Assembly: GCA_951406725.2 (NCBI GenBank)
Contig: OX597837.1
Location: forward strand, 47,926,001 to 47,990,000
Length of the DNA: 64,000 nucleotides
Direction: 5' to 3'
DNA from: Octopus vulgaris
Taxonomy: Eukaryota
Part shown: in pieces, positions 63,779 through 64,000 of the stretch
Numbering within the stretch: position 1 is the first letter of the stretch
How the letters are laid out: the number at the start of each line of letters is the position of its first letter
Notes under the pieces: model-generated
What the model was told of the DNA's origin: nothing
The model's database searches: none
Seen by the model: only the letters and a program-made list of their open reading frames with translations
Translations under genes and position numbers: made by a program

Positions 63779-64000
63779 TTAGGTTAGTGCATAATTATTG
63801 CAGCTTTTTTTCAACAAATTTTATTCAACAAAAACATCTTTAAATGACGGTCAATTTTTTTCATAAAAATGCGTATCGAAAATCAGATCCACGTTCGTCA
63901 TTTTCTGCTCTACCACTTTGAGAAAGGTTGGAATGCAACACAGTAATTTCACGATCTCAATGAAGGTTTTGGTGAAGGAACACTCAGCAAAAGCCAAGTT
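63779..64000 (+). mobile_element. Mariner (Hsmar1/cecropia-like) transposon 5' end, pseudogenised and cut by the window edge
   Basis: TA|ttaggttagtgcataattattgc TIR; ATG at 63869 gives MRIENQIHVRHFLLYHFEKGWNATQ*FHDLNEGFGEGTLS (mariner HTH region with a stop). Confidence 0.85.

Overview
AT-rich, microsatellite- and transposon-dense animal genomic DNA. The repeat landscape (Nin-domain tRNA SINEs, RTE LINEs, (TA)n/(GATA)n/(TATG)n runs) suggests a coleoid cephalopod such as Octopus; this is inference. Host genes seen: (1) the last two coding exons and 3' UTR of exportin-2 (CSE1L, +); (2) a single-coding-exon, ~892-aa secreted precursor-like orphan protein with furin sites (-); (3) two internal exons of RNA polymerase subunit RPB5 (POLR2E, +) joined by a U12-type intron. 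In that intron a SINE target-site duplication has copied the branch point, creating a possible poison acceptor. There is also a duplicated ZNF143/YY1-like promoter followed by an exon-like segment with one in-frame TGA. The rest is decayed RTE, CR1, Penelope-like, Gypsy, Tc1/mariner and Helitron-like elements and SINEs. Several long foldback palindromes sit in (TA)n tracts and carry type I hammerhead ribozyme cores. One 100-N assembly gap lies at 61261-61360. All family calls come from motif recognition by eye, not database searches, and repeat boundaries are approximate unless TIRs or TSDs are given.
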